Source: an uncultured bacterium
GTDB taxonomy: Bacteria > Babelota > Babeliae > Babelales > Babelaceae
Reading direction: 5' to 3'
Assembly (NCBI GenBank): GCA_963824495.1
Contig: CAWGPQ010000006.1
Location: 96,001-160,000, forward strand
Length of the DNA stretch: 64,000 nt
In this document: piece by piece, positions 22,917 through 32,909 of the stretch
Numbering within the stretch: the stretch's first letter is position 1
How the letters are laid out: the number at the start of each line of letters is the position of its first letter
Notes under the pieces: model-generated
Told to the model about the DNA's origin: nothing
Seen by the model: only the letters and a program-made list of their open reading frames with translations
Database searches by the model: none
Program-made: the position numbers and the translations under genes

Positions 22917-23657
22917 ATGACACGTGGTGTCATAGGGACCATGAGTGCCACTGGTTGTTTTTTTGTTGGGTTGCTCAGTCATCATGTTATGCATGTTGTA
23001 CGGGTACCTCAATCGTGGTCGATATATTATGATCCTGTGCTATCGTTTGCAAGCACATCATTGCTTGATCCACGTATTACGTGTGTTGAGTTAAGTCGCC
23101 ATGACGCTTCCTCTCTTATGAAGCTGTTACAGCAGGAGGTGCCGGTTATACAAGCACTTGAGGTGTGCTATAAAGGCTGTCGTCATGCTCATGTCAAAAT
23201 AGAGGCATATAGACCACAACTCAGCATTAATACTGAGTATGTCATGTTGTGCAATGGCTTAATTGCACGGAGTGACTTTTTTGCTGACCATGTCCGTGAA
23301 TCACTTCCTGCCATTGGGTACCCTGACGATAGTACTGGTATAGTATGCGGTGAATACTGCACGGCATTGCTCAGTTTTATGGGCCGTTTACCTGAAGGGT
23401 TTTTTGAGCAGTATTCGGTGATATGGCATAACAAAACGGATATTGTTCTGTACGATAAACAATGTGCACAGTTTTGTTTACGTGCTCATGCTGAAACGCA
23501 GTTTGACGATGCGTTAGTACATGCAATCGCCTCTATAAAAAAAGTTGTGCAGAAGCGTACAACTTCACGTTCTAGCAAAGGGACACTCCACCGTATGTGG
23601 AGAGCAGACGTGAGGTTCAAAGATTACATTGTACTCTCGTCGATCACAGAGCGATAA
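22917..23657 (+). CDS. Divergent FtsQ/DivIB-like cell-division protein
   Basis: Directly upstream of ftsA; N-terminal hydrophobic segment, POTRA-like LQQEVPVIQALEV...VKIE, C-terminal ADVRFKDYIV resembling the FtsQ 'DLRF' end; start uncertain. Confidence 0.55.
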   Translation: MTRGVIGTMSATGCFFVGLLSHHVMHVVRVPQSWSIYYDPVLSFASTSLLDPRITCVELSRHDASSLMKLLQQEVPVIQALEVCYKGCRHAHVKIEAYRPQLSINTEYVMLCNGLIARSDFFADHVRESLPAIGYPDDSTGIVCGEYCTALLSFMGRLPEGFFEQYSVIWHNKTDIVLYDKQCAQFCLRAHAETQFDDALVHAIASIKKVVQKRTTSRSSKGTLHRMWRADVRFKDYIVLSSITER

Positions 23658-23684
23658 AAAAAAGAAGGGATAGGAGGGGAAATC

Positions 23685-24923
23685 ATGAAGAAAAAGCTTA
23701 TACCTGAAAACATAATTGCCGCTATTGATATAGGTACTACTAAAATTTGCGTATTAGTTGCTCAGCAACTTGATAATGAGAATTTTGAGATTGTTGGAAT
23801 TGGTCGAGCGCCATCGATAGGTTTAGCACGTGGTGTTGTTGTTGATATACTGCCAGCCATGCACTCAATAAAGACTGCACTCAAAGAAGCGGAGCTTATG
23901 GCAGGATTGTCGATAGAGTCTGCCTATATCGGCATATCAGGTGCTCATATTAACTCTTTGACGTCTCAAGGCATGGTTGCTGTAAAACATGGTGAAGTAC
24001 GTGCCTACGATATAGCCCAAGTGCTTGCAGCAGCACGAGCGACACCTATTCCTGAAGGACAGCATATCATACATGTGCTCCCCCAGTTTTATACTATCGA
24101 CTCACATCATCATGTGCGTGATCCATTAGGCATGTATGGCGTTCGTCTTGAAGCACAAGTCCATATTATAACGGGTGCTCTGGCATCTGTTCAAAATCTT
24201 ATACGTTGCTGTGAAATGGCCGGTGTTAAAGTGCGTGATATTATTCTTGAGCCTCTTGCTTCAGCTGATGCTGTTCTCAGCGTTGACGAAAAAGAACTCG
24301 GCGTTGCTCTGCTTGATATTGGCGGTGGTACATCTGATTTGGCACTTTATCAACAGGGAAGCGTTCGTTATACGCATATATTTCCCATAGCAGGTAATTT
24401 ATTTACCAATGATATTGCGTTATGTTTGCGCACCACGCTTAAAGATGCTGAGCGTATCAAGAAAGAACATGGCTTGGTTTACCGGCCGTTTTTAACTCAT
24501 GATGTTGCTCTTGATGTAGAATTAGTGTACGGTAATGCCTTGCAAGAGATAGGGCAGTATGAACTCGTTGCTATACTTGAATCACGTGCTCAAGAACTTC
24601 TTATGCTTCTCAAGCGAGAAATAGAAGAGCATCATCTCGAAACATTTATCCACTCAGGCTTAGTACTGACCGGTGGTGGGTCATTATTGACCGGCATACA
24701 AGAACTTGCACAAGACATGCTGCAGATACCAGTACGTATTGGCAGGCCTCATGTGCCACCTGCATTTAGAGAAACGCTTGAGAATCCAATCTATGCAACG
24801 GGATATGGCTTGCTTGTTCAAGCAGTGAAGAAAAACAAGCATGCTCCCCTTGGTCATTTAAGCGGGCCCATAATGAGCAGAGTCTTTTCACGCATGAAAT
24901 CATGGGTGCTTGATTTCTTTTAA
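23685..24923 (+). CDS. ftsA: Cell division protein FtsA
   Basis: IDIGTTKI, LDIGGGTSD, VLTGGGS, C-terminal amphipathic RMKSWVLDFF. Confidence 0.97.
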   Translation: MKKKLIPENIIAAIDIGTTKICVLVAQQLDNENFEIVGIGRAPSIGLARGVVVDILPAMHSIKTALKEAELMAGLSIESAYIGISGAHINSLTSQGMVAVKHGEVRAYDIAQVLAAARATPIPEGQHIIHVLPQFYTIDSHHHVRDPLGMYGVRLEAQVHIITGALASVQNLIRCCEMAGVKVRDIILEPLASADAVLSVDEKELGVALLDIGGGTSDLALYQQGSVRYTHIFPIAGNLFTNDIALCLRTTLKDAERIKKEHGLVYRPFLTHDVALDVELVYGNALQEIGQYELVAILESRAQELLMLLKREIEEHHLETFIHSGLVLTGGGSLLTGIQELAQDMLQIPVRIGRPHVPPAFRETLENPIYATGYGLLVQAVKKNKHAPLGHLSGPIMSRVFSRMKSWVLDFF

Positions 24924-24938
24924 TTAAACTCGATGGGA

Positions 24939-24975
24939 CAGCATACTGTAATCAGAATATAATTACAGTATGCTG
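24939..24975. terminator. Hairpin between convergent ftsA and the inserted genes
   Basis: 14-bp inverted repeat cagcatactgtaat / attacagtatgctg. Confidence 0.7.
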
Positions 24976-24994
24976 CCTTTATATAATTGCTTGA

Positions 24995-25840
24995 TTAAGT
25001 TATCTCTTTTGTTAGCTTGCCTAATTGTTGTAGTACATCCTGGCACTTCTTCTCCAATTCGTTTATTTTTTTCATCTCAGGAGTGACCTTGATCCGTGAG
25101 CTTACAGCTTTGCCTGCGCATAGTATTATTCCTACTAACCCTGTACCTTGTATTACAGGATCGGAATGATTCCAAAGAGTTGCAAATGCGCATGGCGGAA
25201 TTCCTGTAAACCACATGGCACCATTTGTTTTATTATTAAGATCTCTGTTTCGGTATGTGTTTATTTCAGCAATAAGTTCTGCAAATTGCTTTATGAGGGC
25301 TTCTTGCTCTTCTTTTTTACTAGCGTTAGAGGTATAAGCCGAAGGGAAAGCTGCTCCGGGTATTTCTTTCATTACATTATCTAATTATTTTAGCACCTTT
25401 CCATGCGCAGTGTGCAATTTAATTAGTTTTTTCACTTCAGGAGTAACCTTGTGCGTCAAAGCATTCTGTGTACATAGGATCATTGCAGCTACCTCTACAC
25501 TTTGCCATACAGGATGGGAATAGCTCAAAGGAAGTGCGCCTGCACAGGGTATAAGTCCTGAAAGCCATCTAAGGCTCCTTTGTGTTCTCTGATTAAGCTC
25601 TATATTTCGGTATATATCTATTTCAGTGTTAAGTTTTTCAAGTCGCTGTATCATAGCTTCTAGCTTTTCTCCCTTAAGAGGACCGGAAGTATGAGCTCGA
25701 GCGTAAGCTCCAGAGAAAGCCGCTTTGGGTAAAGAAGGGTAAGCCCGCACTATTGTCGCTCTTCTTACCAAGTTGTAATGCATGGCTGAGCTGTTTAAAG
25801 CAGTTGTCAAAAGTGTTAATGCCAACAATCTGTAGATCAT
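24995..25840 (-). pseudogene. Exported two-repeat membrane/coiled-coil protein split by one in-frame TAA at 25385
   Basis: KVLK*LDNVMKEI aligns with DVLQQLGKLTKEI of the second repeat; both halves share EIxxYRNxxLN...W.xG.xPCA...KVTPE. Confidence 0.75.
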
Positions 25841-25850
25841 AGTGGTAAAC

Positions 25851-26625
25851 CTATTGTTCTAAATAAGATGCAATAACTACATGTCCTCTTTTTTGTGCGA
25901 GGTCTTGAGGTGTAATACCAGCATTATTGATTAGATTTTTTTGTGCTCCTCGAGCGATTAAATCTAATACAATATCCTCGTGGCCATTTTGAGCCGCAAG
26001 GTGAAGTGCTGTATTGCCCAAAGCATCCTGTGTATTAATGTTAGAGTCAGCTTCAAGCAAGAGCGGTATAAGATTGGCATGACCTTGTGCAGCTGCCCAA
26101 TGTAAAGGCCTGGCGGTATTAAAGGTTGAAGTGCTCAGTAAGAGAGAAGGGTGACTTTCTAATAGCTCTTTTACCATCGATTCATCGTTTATTATGGATG
26201 AATAGATAATCGGCTCAGTATTGGGTGGCACGAGGGTAGGCTGAACCGTTTCTGTTAGTTTTCCTTCAGTGTTTGCGCCATAATAGAGTAATGCTTATAA
26301 GCAATCAATAAATTTCTGATGTGGCTTTAAGCTATATTTCCGACCGACTATTTCAAGCACGGGGCGACCCTTGGCATTTTCAGCATTGGGATTGGCGCCA
26401 GCCTCGAGCATCTGTCCAGCCAGATCAGTATTTCCATTCTTAAGCGCTGCTAATAACAAAGTATCAAGAGATATGGCGTGAGCATTCGACGAAGAAGCTT
26501 CAGTTGCTTGAGTGGTATCGTGAGGGTTTTTCTGCTCCATGCAGTTACTTTTCTGTGAGAAATTTGCCAGCATAGCCAGTGCACATACGAGTAATTGGTT
26601 AGTAATTTTTGCTATTTTTTTTCAT
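25851..26625 (-). pseudogene. Exported ankyrin-repeat gene disrupted by a +1 in an A8 run and an in-frame TAA at 26295
   Basis: Removing one A after ATG 26625 gives signal peptide MKKIAKITNQLLVCALAMLANFSQKSNC|MEQ; DCL*ALLYYGAN reads in frame into the 25851-26231 ankyrin ORF. Confidence 0.8.
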
Positions 26626-26863
26626 AAGTAACCTTTATGGGAAATTGTTGTGATTGTGATGCATTGATAGATTTTAACAGTGATTGCACAAGTATACAAT
26701 GTTGATTCATGTTGATTGCTAAATTTCTTAGCAAGTGCAAGATCTTATGAGTACGCTTACGAGCTTGTGCGAGCGGATTTGGCATCCAGGCGTTGCATCT
26801 GGCAAGGTAATCATGCTAATGTTCTGATGAGCGAAAGCACATATAATCAGAAAGGGGAAGCAT

Positions 26864-28048
26864 ATGATTGACTTTGAGCAAGAAAATCTTGTAACACAGG
26901 TTCCTGTAGCACGTATTAAAGTTATGGGTGTTGGTGGTGCAGGTGGCAATACCATTAATCACATGATTGGTAGTAATTACGAAAACATAGAATTTATTGT
27001 TGCTAATACCGATGCACAAGTACTCAAAATTTCCAAGGCACCACTTAAGATACAGTTGGGTTCGCGTTCAACGCGGGGCTTGGGCGCAGGGGCTAACCCA
27101 GAAGTAGGCAAGCGGGCAGCCGAAGAGGATATTGAAAAGATAAAAGAATATCTTCAGGGCGCGGATGTTGTGTTTTTAGTTGGAGGTCTGGGTGGTGGTA
27201 CCGGCTCGGGCGCTTTGCCGGTTATCGCCCGTGTAGCAAAATTATTAGGTATTCTTTCTATAGGTGTTGTGACGCAGCCGTTTGCTTTTGAGGGAAAACG
27301 CCGCATGAATATCGCACAACAAGCACTTGACCTGCTGAGAAAAGAAGTTGACACTCTTATTGTTATACCTAACCAAAAATTGCTTGATATTGCTGATAAA
27401 AAAGTATCGCTTGTCAATGCTTTTGGCATGCTTAATGAGGTAATAAACCAGTTTGTTCGGGCCATAGCTGATATTATTAGTCGCCCTGGTCATATTAACG
27501 TTGATTTTGCTGATGTCAGTGCAATTATGAAGAATACGGGCATGGCAGTTATGGGTACCGGTCGTGCATCAGGACCTAATCGTGCAGAAGAAGCAGCTCG
27601 TCAAGCTATTTCATCACCCTTATTAGGAAACATGACGATTGAAGGAGCTCGTGGTGTATTATTTAATATTACAGGCAGCTCTAATTTGGGACTTGACGAA
27701 GTAAGTGCGGCATCGTCCATTATTGAGCATGATGCCGATAGGGACGCCAATATTATTTTTGGTTTTGTTGTTGATGAGTCTCTTGGTGACGATGTCATGG
27801 TTACGGTTATCGCTACCGGTGTCGTACCGAAGGATGCCCACATGTTGCCGTATGTTCAGGTAACGCCAACAGTACGCGATAGTACCAATGCTTTAAGACC
27901 TTTATCACCTACTGCAGAAAGAAACCAGGGGGCAGCGAATTCTTCGTTTCAGCTATTAGAATCTCTTGATCAAAAAACCCTTGAAGTCCCAACGATTCTT
28001 CGCCGTATGGTTAAAGAAAAAGAAACCCGCCAAAAGACAAGCGCCTAG
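26864..28048 (+). CDS. ftsZ: Cell division protein FtsZ
   Basis: GVGGAGGN, GGGTGSG tubulin signature, INVDFADV, C-terminal LEVPTILRR. Confidence 0.98.
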   Translation: MIDFEQENLVTQVPVARIKVMGVGGAGGNTINHMIGSNYENIEFIVANTDAQVLKISKAPLKIQLGSRSTRGLGAGANPEVGKRAAEEDIEKIKEYLQGADVVFLVGGLGGGTGSGALPVIARVAKLLGILSIGVVTQPFAFEGKRRMNIAQQALDLLRKEVDTLIVIPNQKLLDIADKKVSLVNAFGMLNEVINQFVRAIADIISRPGHINVDFADVSAIMKNTGMAVMGTGRASGPNRAEEAARQAISSPLLGNMTIEGARGVLFNITGSSNLGLDEVSAASSIIEHDADRDANIIFGFVVDESLGDDVMVTVIATGVVPKDAHMLPYVQVTPTVRDSTNALRPLSPTAERNQGAANSSFQLLESLDQKTLEVPTILRRMVKEKETRQKTSA

Positions 28049-28058
28049 TACAGCTGCA

Positions 28059-28086
28059 AGTGAAGGGAAATAAGTTTCCCTTCACT
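28059..28086 (+). terminator. Hairpin after ftsZ
   Basis: agtgaagggaaa-taag-tttcccttcact perfect 12-bp stem. Confidence 0.65.
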
Positions 28087-28113
28087 CTCATGCTAAACTA
28101 ACGCTTTTAGGTA

Positions 28114-28836
28114 ATGAGCATGCAATTCTATGATAATGCGTATCTTCGCATCTATTTTGGTGATCAAAGTACTGCGCTTTCTTTAGAGTATCTTTATAGT
28201 GTTAAAGATAGTGCAGAGCTTATGCAACAACCGCAGCTAAAGCAGGTTATAAGCACGTTAGGGCTTAATGGTCTAAGTATCTTAAAGCAAGTGCATGGTG
28301 CTTGTGGTTATGTAATAACGGGAAAAGAGGGAATATGCCAGCTTGAGGGAGATTATCTTATTACGTCTATTCCCGGAATTGGGCTTGCTGTGACAACTGC
28401 TGATTGCTTGCCGATAGTTCTCTATGACACTGAGCATCAGGTAGTTGGGATTGCTCATGCTGGGTGGCGGGGTTCTCTTCAGCAGATAGCTGTTAGGATG
28501 CTTGAAGATCTTCAGAAGAAGTTTGGCACGCAGCCTGAGCAGGTACAGGCTTTTTTTGGGCCCTCAGCTCAAGTATGCTGCTATCAAGTAAGTACAGATT
28601 TTAAACACTCTTTTGATCGGTATGATTGGGCTCAAGAAGCGTTTAGCACGCGTACTGGTGCTCTTTATTTCGATATGCTCTTGTTTAACCAAGTGCAACT
28701 TGAGCAGGTTGGAGTGAACAGAGCATCATGTATTGTAGATTTTGCTCGTTGCGCTATTTGCAGTCCAGAGCTGTGTTCCAATCGCCGTGAGGGTTTGTTA
28801 GCCCGGCGGCAACTAACTATTGTTGCGCTCGTGTAA
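28114..28836 (+). CDS. pgeF: Peptidoglycan editing factor PgeF / YfiH-YlmD family
   Basis: KQVHG, TADCLP, HAGWRG, GPSAQVCCY; position after ftsZ. Confidence 0.9.
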   Translation: MSMQFYDNAYLRIYFGDQSTALSLEYLYSVKDSAELMQQPQLKQVISTLGLNGLSILKQVHGACGYVITGKEGICQLEGDYLITSIPGIGLAVTTADCLPIVLYDTEHQVVGIAHAGWRGSLQQIAVRMLEDLQKKFGTQPEQVQAFFGPSAQVCCYQVSTDFKHSFDRYDWAQEAFSTRTGALYFDMLLFNQVQLEQVGVNRASCIVDFARCAICSPELCSNRREGLLARRQLTIVALV

Positions 28837-29316
28837 TTTTGCGTGTTCTTGAGGGCACGGGCACGTAGCCTTAAGGGCGTCCCTAATTTCCGCCAAAAGA
28901 ATTTCTTGGTGACTTAGCCAGAGCCTGTCTGTTTCTAACTTTTCTTTTGTGTGAAGCCTATTAAGGGCTTTAATAATTAAAAAAAGTACCCATGCTATAA
29001 TAAGAAAGTCCAGAGCAGCCTGGGCAAAGCTCCCCATATTAAGTGTTACTGCTTTTTGTATGATGATCCCGTCTGAATGTATAATAGCCTCCTTGAGCGT
29101 AATCTTAAAGTCTTGAAAATTTATGCCTCCCATAATAATACCAAGAGGGGGCATGAGAATGTCGCTGACTAACGAAGAGACAATTTTGCTAAATGCAGCG
29201 CCTATAATGACCCCTACGGCCAGCTCTATGATATTGCCACGAATAGCAAAGTCTTTAAATTCACGTAACAATTTTTTTAGGGTAGTGGTATGGTGGTTAT
29301 TGATAAGGGTATTCAT
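28813..29316 (-). CDS. mscL: Large-conductance mechanosensitive channel
   Basis: EFKDFAIRGNIIELAVGVIIGAAFSKIVSSLV, LLAEIRDAL; start probably 29316; 3' end overlaps pgeF. Confidence 0.95.
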   Translation of the reverse strand: MNTLINNHHTTTLKKLLREFKDFAIRGNIIELAVGVIIGAAFSKIVSSLVSDILMPPLGIIMGGINFQDFKITLKEAIIHSDGIIIQKAVTLNMGSFAQAALDFLIIAWVLFLIIKALNRLHTKEKLETDRLWLSHQEILLAEIRDALKATCPCPQEHAKLHERNNS

Positions 29317-29438
29317 AATGGGTAGCTTTCTACTCAAGCGTGACGAAATCTTTATTTTATGATACACTAAAATTATCAGAATGGGTTACTAATATTATTT
29401 ATAGCGTGAAAAATTTTAAAGCTTTAGAATAAGGAAAG

Positions 29439-32021
29439 ATGATGATAGCAGCACTGTTAGCAAAAGTTTTTGGCACAAATAATGCCCGTCAGCTGAAGCG
29501 CATGCAACCATTGGTCGCTCAAATTAACGCTTTCGAGCCTATGGTACAAGCAATGAGCGACGAGCAGTTTCCGGTAAAAACCCAACAGTTTCGTGAGCAG
29601 GTTGCTCAAGGGCGTTCCCTTGATGATATTTTACCAGAAGCTTATGCACTCGTTCGTGAAATGGCACGGAGAAAGCTGGGGCAGCGTCATTATGATGTCC
29701 AGCTGGTTGGTGGTATTGTTCTTCATAAGGGCATGATTTCTGAAATGAAAACAGGTGAAGGAAAAACGCTTACTGCCACACTCGCTCTTTATTTAAATGC
29801 TCTGTCTGGTAAAGGTGCTCATCTTGTGACAGTTAATGATTATCTGGCGCGACGTGATGCTGAGTGGATGAGTCCTATTTATAACGCCCTTGGGCTTACC
29901 GTAGGGGTTATTCAGAACTCAATGAACGACCGTGAGCGCAAGCAGATCTATGCATCGGATATTGTGTATGCTACCAATAATGAGTTGGGCTTCGATTATC
30001 TGCGCGATAACATGAAGTTTAGATTACAAGATTATGTTCAGCGTGATTTGCATTATGCTATCGTTGACGAAGTTGACTCTATTCTTATCGATGAAGCTCG
30101 AACACCGTTGATTATTTCTGGATCGTCAGATGAGAGCAGCAAGCTCTATGGGGAAGCTGATCGCGCTGTTGCTGGGCTTGTGCGAAATACTGATTATGAA
30201 GTTGACGAGAAAGTACGATCGGTTCAACTCACCGAAGCGGGCAACGATAAAATAGAAGCTACATTTGGTATCACTAATCTCTATGCGCTTGAAAATCTTC
30301 AACTCTTACATCACGTTAATCAGGCACTTCGTGCTCACGTAATTTTCAAGCGTGATGTCGATTACGTAGTAAAAGATCAGGAAGTGCTTATTGTCGATGA
30401 GTTTACGGGAAGAATATTAGCTGGTCGGCGTTATAGTGATGGATTGCACCAAGCACTTGAGGCGAAAGAGGGCGTAACTGTTGAGCGTGAAAATCAAACG
30501 TTGGCATCTATAACACTCCAAAACTACTTTAGGCTTTATAAAAAACTTGCTGGTATGACCGGTACGGCTGCCACTGAAGCTGAAGAGTTCCATAAAATCT
30601 ATAAGCTTAATGTTATTAGCATACCACCTAATCGGCCACTAATTCGTGAAGACAAACATGATCTTATTTTTCTTACTAAAAATGCAAAATATAAAGCTAT
30701 AGTCGAAGATATTAAGGGCCGTTATGCCAAGGGACAGCCAGTTCTTATTGGTACCATTGCTATCGAGACTTCAGAACTGCTCAGCAATGTCCTTACGCTT
30801 AATGGTATCCCTCACGATGTGCTTAACGCTAAGCAGCATGCTCGTGAAGCAGATATTATCGCACATGCTGGTGAAAAGTCTCACGTGACCATTGCAACGA
30901 ATATGGCTGGTCGTGGTACAGATATTAAACTTATTCCTGATTCGGTTAAGGCCGGAGGGCTCTATATCTTGGGAACTGAGCGTCATGAAAGTCGTCGAAT
31001 CGATAATCAGCTTCGTGGTCGCTCGGGACGACAGGGGGACCCGGGGGAATCCCGCTTTTATATTTCGCTTGAAGATGACCTAATACGTCGTTTTTCTGGC
31101 GATAGTCTTAAGAAAAATATGCATAAAGTTGGTATGACTGAAGATGAGGTTATCGAGTCTAAAATGATCTCGCGTATTATTGAAGGCTCTCAAGAAAAAG
31201 TTGAAAAACAAAATTTTGATTATCGTAAGCATCTGCTTGAATATGATGATATTCTCAATCAACAACGTATTGTAGTATACAAGTATCGGCGTGCTATTCT
31301 AGAAGGTGACAAGCAAAGCTTTGATTTGGTACGAGATCTTATTATAGGTTCAGTGCAAGATAGCGTTGCTGCGTATAACCCTCGATCAGGGGGAGCTGAT
31401 GCTGATCTTCAGGAACTTCTTAAAGCACTTTCACATATGACCGGTATTCCTCTGTCAGAATTTACCACACAGAATTTTAGAAACAGTAACCGTGAAGTGC
31501 TGCTTGATGGTATTATTAACTTCCTCCTCGAGCGCTATGAACGTTACAGTCAGTATACACGATCGGAAACGCCTTCGGATTCTTTGCCTAATAATGCTCA
31601 TGATACTATGCTTCATGAAGCCCAAAAATGGCTCATGCTTGAAGCCCTCGATAAAGCTTGGAAGCAACATATGCTTAACCTAGATCATCTGCGTGAAGGT
31701 ATTGGTTTGCGGAGCTGGGGGCAAAAGAATCCATTACTTGAGTATAAGCGTGAGGCATTTGCAATGTTTGAAGATATGATGCGTAATGTTCGTTGGGAAG
31801 TAGTCCATCATATATTTCACTTAAACCTTGAAAGATTTAATCACTTCGAGCTTGAACGCCGCCGCGAGCATGAGCTGAATCAGCTTAATCTTATCGGCAT
31901 AGAAGGTACACTCGATGTTGGAGCAGGCGTACTCGCTCCAAAAGTTGATCCTAAAATAGGAAGAAATACTGATTGCCCTTGTGGTTCAGGAAAGAAATAC
32001 AAAAAGTGTTGCGCTAAGTAA
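29439..32021 (+). CDS. secA: Protein translocase subunit SecA
   Basis: MKTGEGKT, DEVDSILIDEARTPLIISG, ATNMAGRGTD, C-terminal CPCGSGKKYKKCC. Confidence 0.98.
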   Translation: MMIAALLAKVFGTNNARQLKRMQPLVAQINAFEPMVQAMSDEQFPVKTQQFREQVAQGRSLDDILPEAYALVREMARRKLGQRHYDVQLVGGIVLHKGMISEMKTGEGKTLTATLALYLNALSGKGAHLVTVNDYLARRDAEWMSPIYNALGLTVGVIQNSMNDRERKQIYASDIVYATNNELGFDYLRDNMKFRLQDYVQRDLHYAIVDEVDSILIDEARTPLIISGSSDESSKLYGEADRAVAGLVRNTDYEVDEKVRSVQLTEAGNDKIEATFGITNLYALENLQLLHHVNQALRAHVIFKRDVDYVVKDQEVLIVDEFTGRILAGRRYSDGLHQALEAKEGVTVERENQTLASITLQNYFRLYKKLAGMTGTAATEAEEFHKIYKLNVISIPPNRPLIREDKHDLIFLTKNAKYKAIVEDIKGRYAKGQPVLIGTIAIETSELLSNVLTLNGIPHDVLNAKQHAREADIIAHAGEKSHVTIATNMAGRGTDIKLIPDSVKAGGLYILGTERHESRRIDNQLRGRSGRQGDPGESRFYISLEDDLIRRFSGDSLKKNMHKVGMTEDEVIESKMISRIIEGSQEKVEKQNFDYRKHLLEYDDILNQQRIVVYKYRRAILEGDKQSFDLVRDLIIGSVQDSVAAYNPRSGGADADLQELLKALSHMTGIPLSEFTTQNFRNSNREVLLDGIINFLLERYERYSQYTRSETPSDSLPNNAHDTMLHEAQKWLMLEALDKAWKQHMLNLDHLREGIGLRSWGQKNPLLEYKREAFAMFEDMMRNVRWEVVHHIFHLNLERFNHFELERRREHELNQLNLIGIEGTLDVGAGVLAPKVDPKIGRNTDCPCGSGKKYKKCCAK

Positions 32022-32052
32022 TAGCTTTCACGCATCTTGAAATTATTTTGGC

Positions 32053-32073
32053 AGGGGAAGCTAGGCTTCCCCT
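32053..32073. terminator. Hairpin between convergent secA and the small-protein cluster
   Basis: aggggaagc-tag-gcttcccct. Confidence 0.65.
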
Positions 32074-32094
32074 CTTGAGTAACCTAGGGCGTTG

Positions 32095-32349
32095 TTAGTA
32101 GCTGCTGCCAGAGCTGCCACTTGTTCCGCCGGTTGAGCTGCCGGTACCAGCTGTACTGGTTGTCCCCGAGGTGCCACCTGTTGCAGATGAGCCAGTTGTG
32201 CCTGTTGTGCCGGTTGTGCCGGTTTTTCCAGTATGGCCCGATGAGGTTGTTCCTGTTGTTTTGGAACCAGCAGTCCCGTGTGTGCCTGTTGTTGTACCTG
32301 GATGGGTACTAGTTGTTCCTGAGCTTGATTTTCCTTTTGTATTAGCCAT
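32095..32349 (-). CDS. Small Gly/Thr/Ser-rich hydrophilic protein
   Basis: Strong SD aaggag upstream of ATG; TGT repeats; MA start like its neighbours. Confidence 0.75.
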   Translation of the reverse strand: MANTKGKSSSGTTSTHPGTTTGTHGTAGSKTTGTTSSGHTGKTGTTGTTGTTGSSATGGTSGTTSTAGTGSSTGGTSGSSGSSY

Positions 32350-32370
32350 GATATCTCCTTTGGGTAACTT

Positions 32371-32571
32371 CTAATAACTTCTTGAGCGTGAAGATCGGCT
32401 TCGACCTGACGAAGAACTACTTCTACGCGACGAACCTGCTCCTTCTTCGTGGCATTGGAACCCCCGGCAACGATGAGGAGCTATACCCCCTAAGTGTCCC
32501 GCTTCAGAACGGGTCATAGGTCTACCTGCACTTCGAGCTGAAGATCTTGATGATCTGCTATAGTTTGCCAT
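32371..32571 (-). CDS. Small Arg/Ser-rich protein with AGHLGG-PHRCRGxxC motif
   Basis: SD aaggag; MTRSEAGHLGGIAPHRCRGFQC. Confidence 0.8.
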   Translation of the reverse strand: MANYSRSSRSSARSAGRPMTRSEAGHLGGIAPHRCRGFQCHEEGAGSSRRSSSSSGRSRSSRSRSY

Positions 32572-32601
32572 TACGTTCTCCTTTGTTATAAGCTAACTTA
32601 C

Positions 32602-32627
32602 TAGGGGTACCAAAAAAAGTACCCCTA
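32602..32627. terminator. Intergenic hairpin within the small-protein cluster
   Basis: taggggtac-N8-gtaccccta. Confidence 0.55.
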
Positions 32628-32652
32628 TAAGCCTGTTTAGTTACAGTAACAC

Positions 32653-32850
32653 TTATTCCTGGCCATCACTATGTGATTCGGAAGAACCACGCTGTTTCCG
32701 CGAAGAGCTTTCACCTTCTTTTTCACATGCAAAACCACGACAACGGTGAGGGGCAGCTCCGCCCAAGTGTCCAGCTTCTTCTGGTGTCATAGCGCCATGT
32801 TTGCCAGTTGAGCCACCTTGTGAACCAGTTTTATTTGTTGTATCTGCCAT
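32653..32850 (-). CDS. Small hydrophilic protein with AGHLGG-PHRCRGxxC motif
   Basis: SD aaggag; MTPEEAGHLGGAAPHRCRGFAC. Confidence 0.8.
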   Translation of the reverse strand: MADTTNKTGSQGGSTGKHGAMTPEEAGHLGGAAPHRCRGFACEKEGESSSRKQRGSSESHSDGQE

Positions 32851-32909
32851 GATAGTCTCCTTTGTTTATATTTAAATAGTTATATATTTAAATGGTTATA
32901 AGAATATAT

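Noticed and set aside
17295..26297. Stop-codon reassignment (genetic code 4, 15 or 25) as the explanation for in-frame stops
   Set aside because: All three stop types occur as interruptions, and intact genes end with TAA (secA, ftsA), TAG (ftsZ, atpD) and TGA (HerA-like)
32121..32374. Plus-strand Val/Pro-rich ORFs
   Set aside because: Antisense to the Thr/Gly microprotein, which has the SD and cluster context
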